A stretch of DNA of 64,000 bases from Heteronotia binoei (GCF_032191835.1 NC_083240.1:26908001-26972000); one strand, 5' to 3'. Positions 33,901-45,573 are shown, numbered from the stretch's first letter. Notes: generated from the sequence alone by a model not told the origin. Numbers and translations are program-made.

Positions 33901-36900
33901 AGGGGGGAGAGAGAGATGATGATATTGGATTTATATCTCACCTTCCACTCCGAGTCTCAGAGTGATTCACAATCGCCTTTATCTTCCTCTCCCACAACAG
34001 ACACCTTACGAGGTGGGTGGGGCTGAGAGGACTCTCACAGTAGCTGCCCTTTCAAGGACAACTCCTGCGATAGCTATGGCTGACCCAAGGCCATTCCAGC
34101 AGTTGCAAGTGGAGGATTGAGGAATCAAACCTGGTTCTCCCAGGTAAGAGTCCGCACACTTAACCACTACACCAAACTGGATCTCCAGTTATGAGAGAGA
34201 TGGCAACAAACAAATTCCTCCTATTAGCAGTTTAGGCAGTTGGGATGGGGGGGGAAATCACAGAATTGGATGGGACCTCCAGGGTCATATAGTCCAACTG
34301 CCCCATACAATGCAGGAAATTCACAACAACCTCCCTCAGGCACCCCCAGTGACCCCTGCTCCATGCCCAGAAGATGGCTGGGAGGGGGACACCATCCAGG
34401 ATCCCTGGTTAAACCAGCCTAGATGAAATTGCTTCCTGACCTCAAAGTGGTGATCTGTGTTTCCCAGGGCATGTAAGAAAGGGCTATGAGAACTAAGCAC
34501 TGATGTATGTGTTGGGATATGTTGGAATCCAAGAGCCAAAAAGACAGCCTACAGGCTTCAGAATTTACCTTTTCTGTTCTTTCAGCCTTTCAATAGTGGA
34601 CACATATATAATCCATGCATAGGTTAAGGTGCTTTTAAACATTTGTCTCAACCTTCAAGAACAGGTCAATTTATACATAATAATATATAGCAGAATAGTG
34701 GTTTGCTGCTGTAAACAGAGTTCTGGTACCCAGTTGGAAGACATTTTTGCACAAAATTTTAGATGCCAGAATGCTTGAAGTCTTCCTCCCCTTTCCATTT
34801 TTCTTCCTTTTCGTAAATTCAAGAAAGGCAACATAAGATGCGGTGGGAAGGGTATCAGCATAGGGGTGAAGACATGGGTAATATGGCACATTTCACATCC
34901 CCAGCGCTCACATAAATACTTTTGCACAGGGCTTTTTTTGAGCAGGAACACAGTTCCGACTGTCTTGGTGCCAGGGGGTGTGACCTAATATGCAAATGAT
35001 TCCTGCTGTAGTGAGTTTTAAAAAACCCTATGTGAAACAATTGTGACATCAAGGTTTAATACGAGAGCCAGTTTGGTGTAGTGGTTAAGTGTGCGGACTC
35101 TTATCTGGGAGAAACGGGTTTGATTCCCCACTCCTCCACTTGCAGCTGCTGGAATGGCCTTGGGTCAGCCATAGCTCTCATAGGAGTTGTCCTTGAAAGG
35201 GCAGCTTCTGGGAGAGCTCTCTTAGCCCCACCTATCTCACAGGGTGTCTGTTGTGGGGGAAGAAGATAATGGAGATTGTAAGCTGCTCCGAGACTCTGAT
35301 TCAGAGAGAAGGTCGGGGTATAAATCTGCGGTCTTCTTCTATATGACCTAATATGCAAATGAGTTCCCGCTGAGCTTTTTCTACAAAAAAAGTACTACTT
35401 TCAGAAAACATATCCTTTAATGTGAGATTTTGACAAGCAGACACAGAATATGCAAGAATGCCTTGGAGACTGATGGAGCTGTTTGCTGACTAACCAGTAA
35501 GGCAAATTTTATCCAGTGCTCCAATACCTCTTCCAAATAACTAACAACTTGCCTCAGATCAGCCCAAGACTGCTGGGTCTGCTCTGGGCTTAACCCTGAT
35601 AGAAAGGTTCTTTTTTGGAGTTTACAACCCTTCTGATGGCCCTATGGGCAGTAAACCAAAAGCCATGCAGAAATATAGATTTTTATTGCTTGCAAGCTAT
35701 TTGGCCACACGTCTCTCAGATATATCTGTGTGCATAAAATGCCATTTTAAAATGGTTTCTTTGTTAATGCTCTTATCCACTCCTGAAACAGGCTGTCTTG
35801 TACTGAATAAGAGCAGTGTGAGATATAACCTTCAATATTCTCACTAATTTACACATCCCCTCTGTTTGATATTGCAGAATCAACATGGGAACTCACCAGG
35901 GCATAGAGTGCTTTGAAGATCCTTCACACAGGAAAGGCCTTTAACAGAATATACCGATTTAGTAAGTGGAGGCTTACAGGTCCTACTCAATTCGATCTGG
36001 AAACCTTGATCAAAGTGGGAAAGATCTAGGAAATAAAATAAAAATAGAAACTCTGTCCATGTACTGGATCATAAATACAAGTGTTTGACTCACTCTGAAA
36101 TATCATGGCCAGCGAGGGCAAATCTGTAACTTTGTTAGTTTCCCAAAGTATGAGATGGGGCACTGGCTGTTACCATCAAGAATCCATTTTGCAGGCTGAT
36201 CTGTGGCCACCTTACCTCTGCCATTCACATGGGGCCCATCCAATCAGGAGACTGTTTACTGAACTTAGCAGGTCCCCTCACCTGCACTCCCTCCTCTAGC
36301 ATGCTTGTACAAAAGCGCAGATGCAAGAATGTTCATGCCGCATTTCCCAAGGCCACCTTTCCTATTTTTATTCTCTTTCCCTGCCAAACTGCTGTAAAGT
36401 TTGGTAAAGAAATGGGAGAGAATCCTTTAAAGAGTTAAAAGTGGCACTGGGGGAGGAGGGTTTCAAATATGAGTTTAGCTCTATTCTTCCCCCCTTCCCC
36501 CTTAGGGGCGCATTAAAACCTAAGCCTGTATGTCCACTAGAACAGGAATGAGATGGTAAAAATCCTTTTACTCTTGATTTCTGAGAATGATTTTGAACCA
36601 GATTGAGATGCCTTCTTGACCATACAGAGTAACATGGATCCAGAGAGTTGGATAGGACCTCCAGAGTCATCTAGTCCAACTCCCTGAACAATGCAGGAAA
36701 TTCATAACTACCTCCTCCCACACCACTCCAGTGCACACCTGCAGAACTGTTAAAGAAAAAAACTGCCTCTCTTTTCTATGCCCTGGTCCTTTTTGTGTGA
36801 TTTCAAACACTTCTCTTCCAGCAAGAAAGGGTTAATCAATATGGCAGCAGGAAGACGTCAAGCATACAAATAAACTGGACATTAAACTCTACAAGGCACA

Positions 36901-38167
36901 TCACTTTAACAGAACCTGGGTCTTCTGCTGTCATCAATTCAATCCATTCATCAACTTGCAGTTTCGTCACATGGTGGTCTTTCACAATCCAAGAATCAGG
37001 AGCTGCCGCAAAAACAACACAGCAAAATGGCTCAACACGCACAGCAAAGACATAACCATGCCTCGTTCCGTTAGCTTCATAAACAGGCATGATTTTACAT
37101 TCAGCTCTGACTTTCTCTAAAGAGGTGCAGAAATGGAAATAGGGCAAAATCTCAATGGTTTCCTGCACTTCGATTTTCACTTGATCTGGCTGTAAGTTTT
37201 CTTCATATCCAATAACCTTCCGGTAATCACTCACACCAAAAATTACGTATCCCCCTTTGGTGTTTGCAAAAGCAGAGATGTAGTCAGGCAGTTTGGCTCT
37301 AACAAATTCCAGGATGTTCTCAGCCTTAAATTCTGCCTCAGTTGACTTAGTCGGAAATGGGAATTGTTTAAATTCAACCTCTGTTGACTCAGTGAAATCC
37401 AGGAACTCTTCATATTCCAGCCAGTCTCGTTCAAAAAATTTAGCAGCGGCCTTCAGAATATCTCCTTCCTCCTGCATGCCAGCTCCTCTTGAATGCTGGC
37501 TGTCATTCCAAAGACGAGCCCTCTTCTGCATTAGCCCCGCCATCTCTGCAGGATCTTTCTTAGCAGAGGCCTGCTTCGCTTTCAGAAACTTCAGAGCCTC
37601 CAAGGGTTTCATTTTCACAGCTGAGGTGCCAGATCGCCAAAACAGCCCAGTCTTCAAGCAACAGAGGCGAGCCTTTGATATCACTGCAGGTTGCGATAGG
37701 CTCTCGCTACTCCATGTTTTGACCCAGATCTGCAAGTAAGAACCTTCCTGGACTATGTCAAAGTATTGAGAGAAGAAATCTGATTGAATACAGTCCCGAA
37801 AAGAATTCTCTATGTCCTGTCCAATCCCGTGTTGCTTATAGGAATAGCCCTCATTCTCGATTTCAGCTCTTATCACTCCTCCCCCTGAGTTGAGTAAGGA
37901 ACAGCCTGCTTGGGTGAGATGAGTGGCTTGCCTTTTTAGTTTCTCATCTAGCTCCTTTTTTAACGCTTTTATTTCTTTTTCAATATCCTTGTTGGATTTT
38001 TTGAACTTATCCTTCTTGTTCTGCTCCCGAACCTTTCCTTCAATTTCGTTACCCCTCTTCTTCATGTCTCTTTGTTGTTCACCAAATATTATTTTCCCTA
38101 CATTTATGACATCTTCAGGGTAGTCAGTTATTAAATGGAACTGCAGCTGGTCTCCGGCAGTGGCCAT
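30945..38167 (-). CDS. SLFN: Schlafen family protein 'SLFN-B' (group III, SLFN11/13-like), 974 aa; join(38167-36916, 36025-35897, 33664-32926, 31749-30945)
   Basis: ATG 38167 downstream of acceptor gtgcag (exon starts 38174); GCSLLNSGGG, ESTEVEFK, AFANTKGGY, HFC...FCC Zn finger, SRSWAVDVGL, GLPGSGKT, HIIIDEAQNF, DSVRRFSGLER. The 129-nt exon 2 (DLSHFDQGFQIELSRTCKPPLTKSVYSVKGL) is not in the ORF track but has the same length and phase as in SLFN-A; stop TGA 30947-30945. Confidence 0.93.
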
Positions 38168-38584
38168 TTTCCACCTGCACAGGCAAAGGTAGGAACAAGC
38201 AAATAAATAGGGAAACTTTAGTATTTCTACAGAGAATTTTCATTTTGAAGCACTTTACAAATATCTGCATGCTTTCGAAAAGCTGTTGGCAATTCAGAGG
38301 GCACAGCCCCGACATCTACCTTAAGATTCATTAGCTGAGTTAGGCAATGGGTATTCGCAAGCAAACAGATCACAGTCAAGGCTAAGTGGATGTTTTACTG
38401 ATCACCTCTTCAAAGATAATCAGGCAAATAGCAGCAGATACAGAACTGTGAAATGATTCTGCGAGAGGATGCTAAAGAACTAGAAAAAGGTACTGCTGCC
38501 AGAATAGCTCACCCTTTCCTAATTTTGTGGCCCAATCACATGCACACTGAACATATGCTAATTACCGCACACTATTAAAGCCAG

Positions 38585-38745
38585 AGCCCTGACCTGGATG
38601 GCTGAAACTAGACCAACCTAGTCAGATCTTAGAAGCTAAGCACAGTCGGCTCTGGTTAGTACTTGGATGGGAGACCACCACAGAAGTCCAGGGTTGCTAC
38701 ATAGAGTCCGGAAAACTGTCTCTGTTCATTTCTTCCTTTGAACAC
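38585..38745 (+). mobile_element. 5S rRNA-derived SINE (SINE3 / 5S-Sauria-like); fragments also at ~1558-1605(-) and ~2030-2110(-)
   Basis: gatcttagaagctaagcacagtcggctctggttagtacttggatgggagaccacc resembles the 5S internal control region but has unrelated flanks. Confidence 0.7.
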
Positions 38746-38939
38746 CGGGCAGGCTTTTGCCCTAAGTAGGCTGCAGCTTGTCTATCTACCATCCTTAGGG
38801 CTGTAACTATGCTGCCTGAGTTTATGTAATTTACTCAGAAGGAAACCCCTAATCTTCTATAGCACATACTCTCTTGTCAGTCCAATCCTTTACCTCATTA
38901 GGCATACTCTAGATTTCAGATGACACATCCAGAATACTA

Positions 38940-39285
38940 CATAAGAACATAAGAGAAGCCATGTTGGATCAGGCCAACGGCCCATCAAGTCCAACACTCT
39001 GTGTCACACAGTGGCAAAAAGTGTTATATACACACATACACTGTGGCTAATAGCCACTGATGGACCTCTGCTCCATATTTTTATCTAAACCCCTCTTGAA
39101 GGTGGCTATACTTGTGGCCGCCACCACCTCCTGTGGCAGTGAATTCCACATGTTAATCACCCTTTGGGTGAAGAAGTACTTCCTTTTATCCGTTTTAACC
39201 TGTCTGCTCAGCAATTTCATCGAATGCCCACGAGTTCTTGTATTGTGAGAAAGGGAGAAAAGTACTTCTTTCTCTACTTTCTCCA
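38940..39285 (-). mobile_element. CR1 3' fragment; similar pieces at 11780-11880, 41495-41945, 63850-64000
   Basis: EKVEKEVLFSLSHNTRTRGHSMKL...RVINMWNSLP and the same 3' UTR as the 914-1560 copy. Confidence 0.85.
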
Positions 39286-40499
39286 CTTTACTCTACTTTC
39301 TGACATAGGTCAGAACTAGGCTGAAGTTACAATCCCACACATAGGCAATGATCCAAAGAACATTTTTTATGGGGATAAGCCCCACAGAATGAAATCTGAG
39401 TTATGTTAGAGTAGACTGAGGGAGAAGCTACAAAGTGTTTGCACTATGTCTTCTTGAATAAATATAGACTGGACTGGAGCTTCCATAACTAACAGATATT
39501 CATGATTGTAGTGGCTGCAGGAGGAGCCTAAAAGTTGAAGGTTTCTTTACCGAAACCAGTCTGAGCTTCTTGATTTTGCTGCAGCATCCATTCCTTTGTT
39601 ATTTTTTTCAATGATCCACTTCAGGACAATTTTGGAATAGTATTTGGACTGTGCACTGATATTCTTTATGGACATTATTTGTTTAATCTTATTGTCAGTG
39701 CCTATTTGTCAGCTACATTTAATTTTCTTTATTACAATATACTAGAGATTTTGACCTCCTGAATGCAGTGCTCTCTGGGGTATATGTGGGGAAAGGCGGT
39801 CCCTTAGATAGGCAGGTCCTCAGCCATATAGGGCTTTAAAGGTCAATACCAACTCTTTGAAACGGATTCGGTACACAATAGACAGCCAGTGCAGTTCTTT
39901 TAGCACTGGTTGAATGTGCTTCCATCGGGGGAGGCCCATGAACAACCGCGCCGCAGCATTCTGCATTAGATGCAGTTTCCGAGTCAGAGTAAAAGGTAGC
40001 CCCATGTAGAGGGTATTACAGTAGTCTATCCTCGAGGTGACCATAGCATGGATCAGGCATTGCTAAGTCCCGGTGCTCCAAGAAAGGGGCCAACTGCTGT
40101 ACCCGCTGCAGATGAAAAAAGGCAGACTTAGCGGTCTGCCAGTCTTAGCCAACTGCCATACCCACATGGCTGCACATGCAGGCTGGGAGGGTTACAAGCA
40201 GGGGGAAACCAGGGGGGAAGCTGGCCCGGGCCCCCTAAAGGTGTGGGGGCCCATAGGCCAGTGCCTACTTGGCCTAATTGTTAATCTGGCGTTGCTAGAG
40301 AGATGCTGTCTCTGGGGATGCCCACAAGAAGAGCATGAAGATAACTATCCGAACGTGCTGTTTGTCCCCAGCAAGTGGTATTCCGGAGAGCACCTGAGCT
40401 TAGGGTTCTGGAAAGGAGGCAAAGGCCAAAAGAAAAGAGAGACATTCTATAAGGACCAGAAATAGCAGGACTTCTGAGGAAAGCACACAGAGGACGGTC

Positions 40500-40900
40500 C
40501 GCATGTCCAAGGTACACTTACCAGTGGGGGTACAACCTACTGATGACACAGGGACTTACTTCCGAGTAAGCCTGTCATAAACTTGGGCTACGCAACGGTA
40601 CTTCAGCCCTTGCACACGTTGTCGCAGCTTCCCCCCCTTCCTGGCTATATTGCAAGTCTTGCGTTCTTCGCTTTCTACCCACTCGCGGGCCACAAAAGCT
40701 TTCTCCGCAGGAGACTTTCGTTTCTCTACTGCTTTTGCTAACTAGTCTGGACTTGTCGGTTCAGATTTGGCGCCCCAGCTGCCTGTGGGTTCGTCGCCCG
40801 ATGCTGATTGGTCCGGAGGAACCCGCCGAGGAGCAAGGACTCAAGGAAACCGCGCAAATACTTCCGGTTCCGAATGGATCGCGGCAAGTTGCGGGGCATA
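40500..40900 (-). promoter_or_regulatory. Putative SLFN-B promoter and non-coding first exon
   Basis: CpG-rich; IRF-type ACTTTCGTTTCT at 40714-40725; ATGCTGATTGGTC (CCAAT box) at 40801-40813; ETS ACTTCCGGT at 40860-40868; minus-strand GTAAGT donors at 40559 and 40521. Confidence 0.55.
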
Positions 40901-42049
40901 GGATCATAGAGTTGGATGGGATCTGTAGGGTCATCTAGTCCAACCCCCTGCGCAATGCAGGCAGTCAAGACCTAGCAATAGGACGGGCCCGGGGGGGGGG
41001 GCAAAAAGTTGACACCTTGTCCCTCATCCGCCCCCCCCCCGGGATATTCTGCATGTGCTTCCACAGTCAAGACCTGAGCATCGCTTCGGAAACTTCGACC
41101 CCGCATGTGAGAGCCAGAAGTGATTGATGCGCACAGCTTCGTATGGCTGGCCTCCTATCGCTTGCGCACGAGGTTGGGTAGGGTTTGGGACCACGATTGT
41201 TCTGTTTATTGCAGGATCGGATCTCAGGGCCAGTTCTTTCTTGGGGCGGGCCTTCCCCATGCGGTATTCAGCGGCAGACTGTTTCCGAACATGGGGTCTC
41301 CTCCACTCCGCTTGGCTAGAGAGTTAGTAGTTAACTCTAGAGTAGTTAACATGTGGTGGCTTATCTTCCTGAATCAGAGCAAAGGTCTGTGTGCTTCAGT
41401 GGTGCTCTCTAACCTTTTGGAGTTTTGACACAGCGCGATGGGCGCAACTACGATATGGCTATACGAGGGGGCGGGGCGGGGTGGACTGCCATAGAAGCCG
41501 TGTTGGATCAGACCAATGGCCCATCCAGTCCAACACTTGTCTCTGTGCCACATAGTGGGCAAAACTCAGATGCCATCAGGAGGTCCACCAGTGGGGCCAG
41601 AACTCTAGAAGCCCTCCCATTGTTTCCCCCTCCCCACCAGCACCAAGAATACAGAGCATCACTGCCCCAGAGATAGTGTTCCATCTGTATCTTCAGGCTA
41701 ATAGCCACAGATGGACCTCTACTCTGTATGTTTGTCCAGTCCCCTGTTGATGCTGTCTGTGCTTGCAGCAGCTACCTGTTCGAATCTGCTTCCTGTTGCA
41801 GTGAATTTCTCGTGTCAATTACTCTTTGGTTGAAGAAGCACTTCTTTGCATCTGATCTAAACCTCCTGCTCGTTAATTTCATCGAGTCACTCCATTCGAG
41901 CGCTCATGAGTTCTTGCATTGTGAGAATGGAGAGAAGTACATTTCTCCAGACGATCAGCAAGTGAATTTGCAAAGCAGGGTTAAAAACATTTGAACCCAA
42001 CTGCTGAAGTAAAACAGAATCACGGTCACGGAGTGGGGCTCGGTGGATT

Positions 42050-42364
42050 GCAGGTATGTTAGAAACTAAAGGCTATCTTGGCAATCAGCGAGCGGAGAAC
42101 AAACTTCAAATCGGAGCCGGAAGTGCACTCCGCCCCCCTCACATTTGTGCTTCCGTTCCTCTATGCATCTAGGCGCCCTTGCTATTCCCCCTTTCGCGAT
42201 TCGAAAGCGGGAATGTGATTGGACGAATGAGAAACCAAAGGGGGAGGAGGAAGCGTGAGAGTCGCCTGACCTGGCTGCGAGGGCTGTGATTGGGTGAGAA
42301 ATGCAAGACGTTCGGCGGTCGCTCCTGAGTCAAGATGGCGGGGAGTTTCATTTGGAAAGTAAGT
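42050..42364 (+). promoter_or_regulatory. CpG-island promoter and first exon of a putative snoRNA host gene (SNHG30/LINC02001-like)
   Basis: ETS CCGGAAGT 42117-42124, GC box 42128-42137, ATTGG 42218-42222 and 42289-42293, YY1 CAAGATGGCGG 42331-42341, donor AAA|GTAAGT at 42359; SNORD7 lies 3 kb downstream on the same strand. Confidence 0.6.
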
Positions 42365-42928
42365 AAGGGAGGCGTGAAAAAGCGTGAAGAAAAGAATTAG
42401 AAGGGGAAGGATAAAAAAGCCATTTCTCTTAATTGTAGCTCTCCTGCTTAACGGCAGTTTTAAATTGTTGCTTTTAGGTTTTATGGATTTCATTGTGTTT
42501 TATTGCCATTTATACTGTAAATTGCCATCAATTCTTGTAAGGCAGAGAGGTGGCTAATAAAGATTTGAAGTAAATACATTGATTTTGTTGGTACGCAGTA
42601 AAGTCAAGGCCAGTATGCTGTTCTCCACGCCAAATGCTGCAAGGGGAAGCCAGCCAGCATAGCTGTCTATCTCCGAGCACTTCATAGACTTGTTCGTAGA
42701 GACTCCATCTTGGGATGTCCATTGTAAATAGAAGTGGATAGAGCTAAAATAGATCAAAAGCTTGGAGCATAAATCAATGCTTAGTGAAAGGCTGGCTCTG
42801 GGAAGCAGCTGTACCCTACAGACATCTCTACCATATTGTCTGTCTTCAATATTCAGAAGTTGACTACCTCTGAATATGATAGATCCAAGTGGGCAGCCGT
42901 GTTGGTCTGAAGCAGTAGAACAAAGCAA

Positions 42929-43167
42929 GAGTCAAGTAGCACCTTTAAGACTAACAAAGTTTTATCACACTTCATCAGACAAAAGTATGGAATGGCAAGC
43001 AGTCCTAATTATAAAGAAAGTGGGCAGTGAGTTAGTATGCCCACTTTCTCTATATTTAGGACTGCTTGCCATTCCATCCTATGATGTCTGATGAAGTGTG
43101 CTTCTAGCACACGAAAGCTTACATTCTGAATAAAACTTTGTTGGTCTTAAAGGTGCAGCTTGACTCT
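42929..43167. repeat. ~240-bp palindrome built from inverted Penelope pLTR ends; contains a minimal hammerhead-like motif (43084-43125, +)
   Basis: Outer arms gagtcaag..gcacctttaagactaacaaagttt / aactttgttggtcttaaaggtgc..cttgactc; inner arms ggaatggcaagcagtcctaa / ttaggactgcttgccattcc and agaaagtgggca / tgcccactttct. Confidence 0.75.
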
Positions 43168-45469
43168 GAATATGATACTCCATCATGGCAAAATAGCTTT
43201 TGAGGGATCTACCTGTTATTTCTCTGAACCCTTTTATCAAGAGCCCAAGGACCTTGCTGGTCAGAGCTTGGAGATGCAGCTGATCTAGCATCTGGTTTCC
43301 AAGTGGCTAGGAAGATGCTGTGTCTGGGGATGCCCACAAGTAGAGCATGAAGATAACTGTCCTGCCATGCTGTTTGTCCCCAGCAAGTGGTATTCCAGAC
43401 AGCACTTGAGTTTAGCTTGTGGAAAGGAGGCAAAGGCCAAATGATAAGCAGGAAGAAAAGAGATGTTCTAGAAGGACCCGAAATATATGCCGTACTTAGC
43501 TAGAGAGAAGAAGGATTTGCAGCTGCATTGCTAGTCTCATGAGGGTGTGTGCTCTTAAAATATCTCACTCCAAAAATTGAAGCTAACAGATAATACTTTG
43601 CATTCCTAGGGTTCTTTACCTATTCAAAGCATTTATTTAAAATATTTCTATCCCACCTCATCTCTTTGGACTCAGGGAGCAAACAACATAAAAACGTAAG
43701 TTGTAAAGGCATAAATTAAATTTAAAATGCCAAAGATGCTTGCAGTTTAAAAGCATTCAGGCTTGATGTTGGCAATTTTTAAAACACACAGAATCAACAA
43801 GCTCACAGCTGGATCTCCTAGAAACATTGGCTCGCTATTTACCAAATTTTTTCTGAAAGAGGACTGCCTTGCTGATAAGCTTTTCTAAAAGACTGGTCCC
43901 ACCTCAGAAAGAGCTCATGATCTTTCTGTGGCTGCTTGGACCATTTTAAGGTGCAGGCACCTTCCAGAGGAGGCTTTAAGAGTTAATGGTACAGTGTAGC
44001 ATACTGGGAGGTGCAGTTTGAGAAGTATGAGGATCCTAAGCTATGAAGACCTTTGAAGGTAATAACCAGAAATTGGAATTGTATACAGATAGGTAGTCAG
44101 TGCAGTTAACACAGCACTGGAATTTACGCGTTCTTGGGTGGCAGAACTCAGAGAGGAGTTTTGTTGCTGCATTCTGTACCAGTTGGGACTTCTGAGATGT
44201 CTTCATAGACATATACTGAATCATATACATATGCTGCCTTATACTGAATCAAATCATTGGTCTGACAAGGTCCATATTGTCTACTCAGACAGTATCTCAG
44301 GCAGAGGTTTTCATATCACCTACTGCCAGGTTTTTAACTGGTCAGGATTGAATTTGAGAGTTCCTGCAGGCAAGGAGAGGTTCTTCCACTGAGCCATGCC
44401 CCCTTTCCTTCAAAAGCAGCCCCACACAAAGTGTGTTAACAGCAGTCCACCCTAGAGATTACATTAGCACGGATCAGCATAGTTAGCAGAATCTAGATAA
44501 GGAGCTAACTTATGGGGAGGAAAGGTCCTCTGTGCAAGCACCAGTCATTTCCGACTCTGGGGTGATGTTGCTTTCACGTTTTCATGGCAGACTTTTTACG
44601 GGGGTGGTTTGCCATTGCCTTCCCCAGTCATCTCTATGCTTTCCCCCCAGCAAGCTGGGTACTCATTTTACCGACCTCAGAAGGATGGAAGGCTGAGTCA
44701 ACCTTGAGCCGGCTACCTGAACTCAGCTTCCACCGGGATTGAACTCAGTCCGTGAGCAGAGTTTGGATTGCAATACTGCAGCTTACCGCTTTGTGCGACG
44801 GGACCGCTACAGTTCTGGTTACTCCATCTCAAAAAGGATGCTCTACGGGGGTGGTTTGCCATTGCCTTCCCCAGTCATCTCTATGCTTTCCCCCCAGCAA
44901 GCTGGGGACTCATTTTACCGACCTCAGAAGGATGGAAGGCTGAGTCAACCTCGAGCAGGCTACCTGAAAACCCACCTTCCACCGGGGATCGAACTCAGGT
45001 CGTGAAGAGAGCTTAGGACTGCAGTACTGCAGCTTTAAAACTCTGTGCCAAGGGGCTCTTTGCTAACTTATGAGAGAGATGCAATTGAAAGGTGATCTGA
45101 GCAACAGCATTGACTTGCTTATTCATTAACATGGTCAGGTCCAGGAGCATATATTACATATACAACCACAGTAGTCCTGATAACAGCCTTGCAAGGTAGG
45201 CCAGGATTATTATCCCATATAATCAGTGCAGGAAGAAGTACTGCAAGTGGCTTGCCTCTTGGTGGGTATTTGGCTGAAACGAGTGGAGAATTGGACTGGT
45301 CATTCTGTTACCCTTGGGCTGCATCAGCTCTCCCTCATTTCTGCCTCCTGGTATTTATCTACGCCCTGTTCAGGGCTGAGGAACAATTTCCCATTTCTGG
45401 AAAGAGCACATTGAGCTGGGTTATTAACTGTAGCTAGGGGCAGGGCAGAGGGTGTTACTTTCAAGCTAT

Positions 45470-45573
45470 GCCAGAGGCGATGATGAGTGAAGTATAGTCT
45501 GACCTGGTATTGCCAAGGCCTCTGCTTTGGCTCTGACCAGGAGGTGATCACATAATCTTCTCTCTGAGCTGGC
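45470..45573 (+). ncRNA. SNORD7: Box C/D snoRNA SNORD7 (Z30 / mgU6-47), guide for 2'-O-methylation of U6 snRNA A47
   Basis: Box C ATGATGA 45480-45486, D' CTGA 45499-45502, C' GTGATCA 45544-45550, box D CTGA 45564-45567; guide TAATCTTCTCT (45553-45563) is complementary to U6 AGAGAAGAUUA (43-53) and the +5 rule selects A47; terminal stem GCCAG/CTGGC; human SNORD7 lies between the SLFN cluster and PEX12. Confidence 0.92.

Noticed and set aside
38617-38680. 5S rRNA gene
   Set aside because: Only the internal ~60 nt resemble 5S, with substitutions and unrelated flanks; it is a 5S-derived SINE.
43306-44500. A third Schlafen gene or pseudogene upstream of SLFN-B
   Set aside because: Only the ~180-bp non-coding duplicate is present; no Schlafen coding motifs were seen between 38.2 and 49.5 kb.
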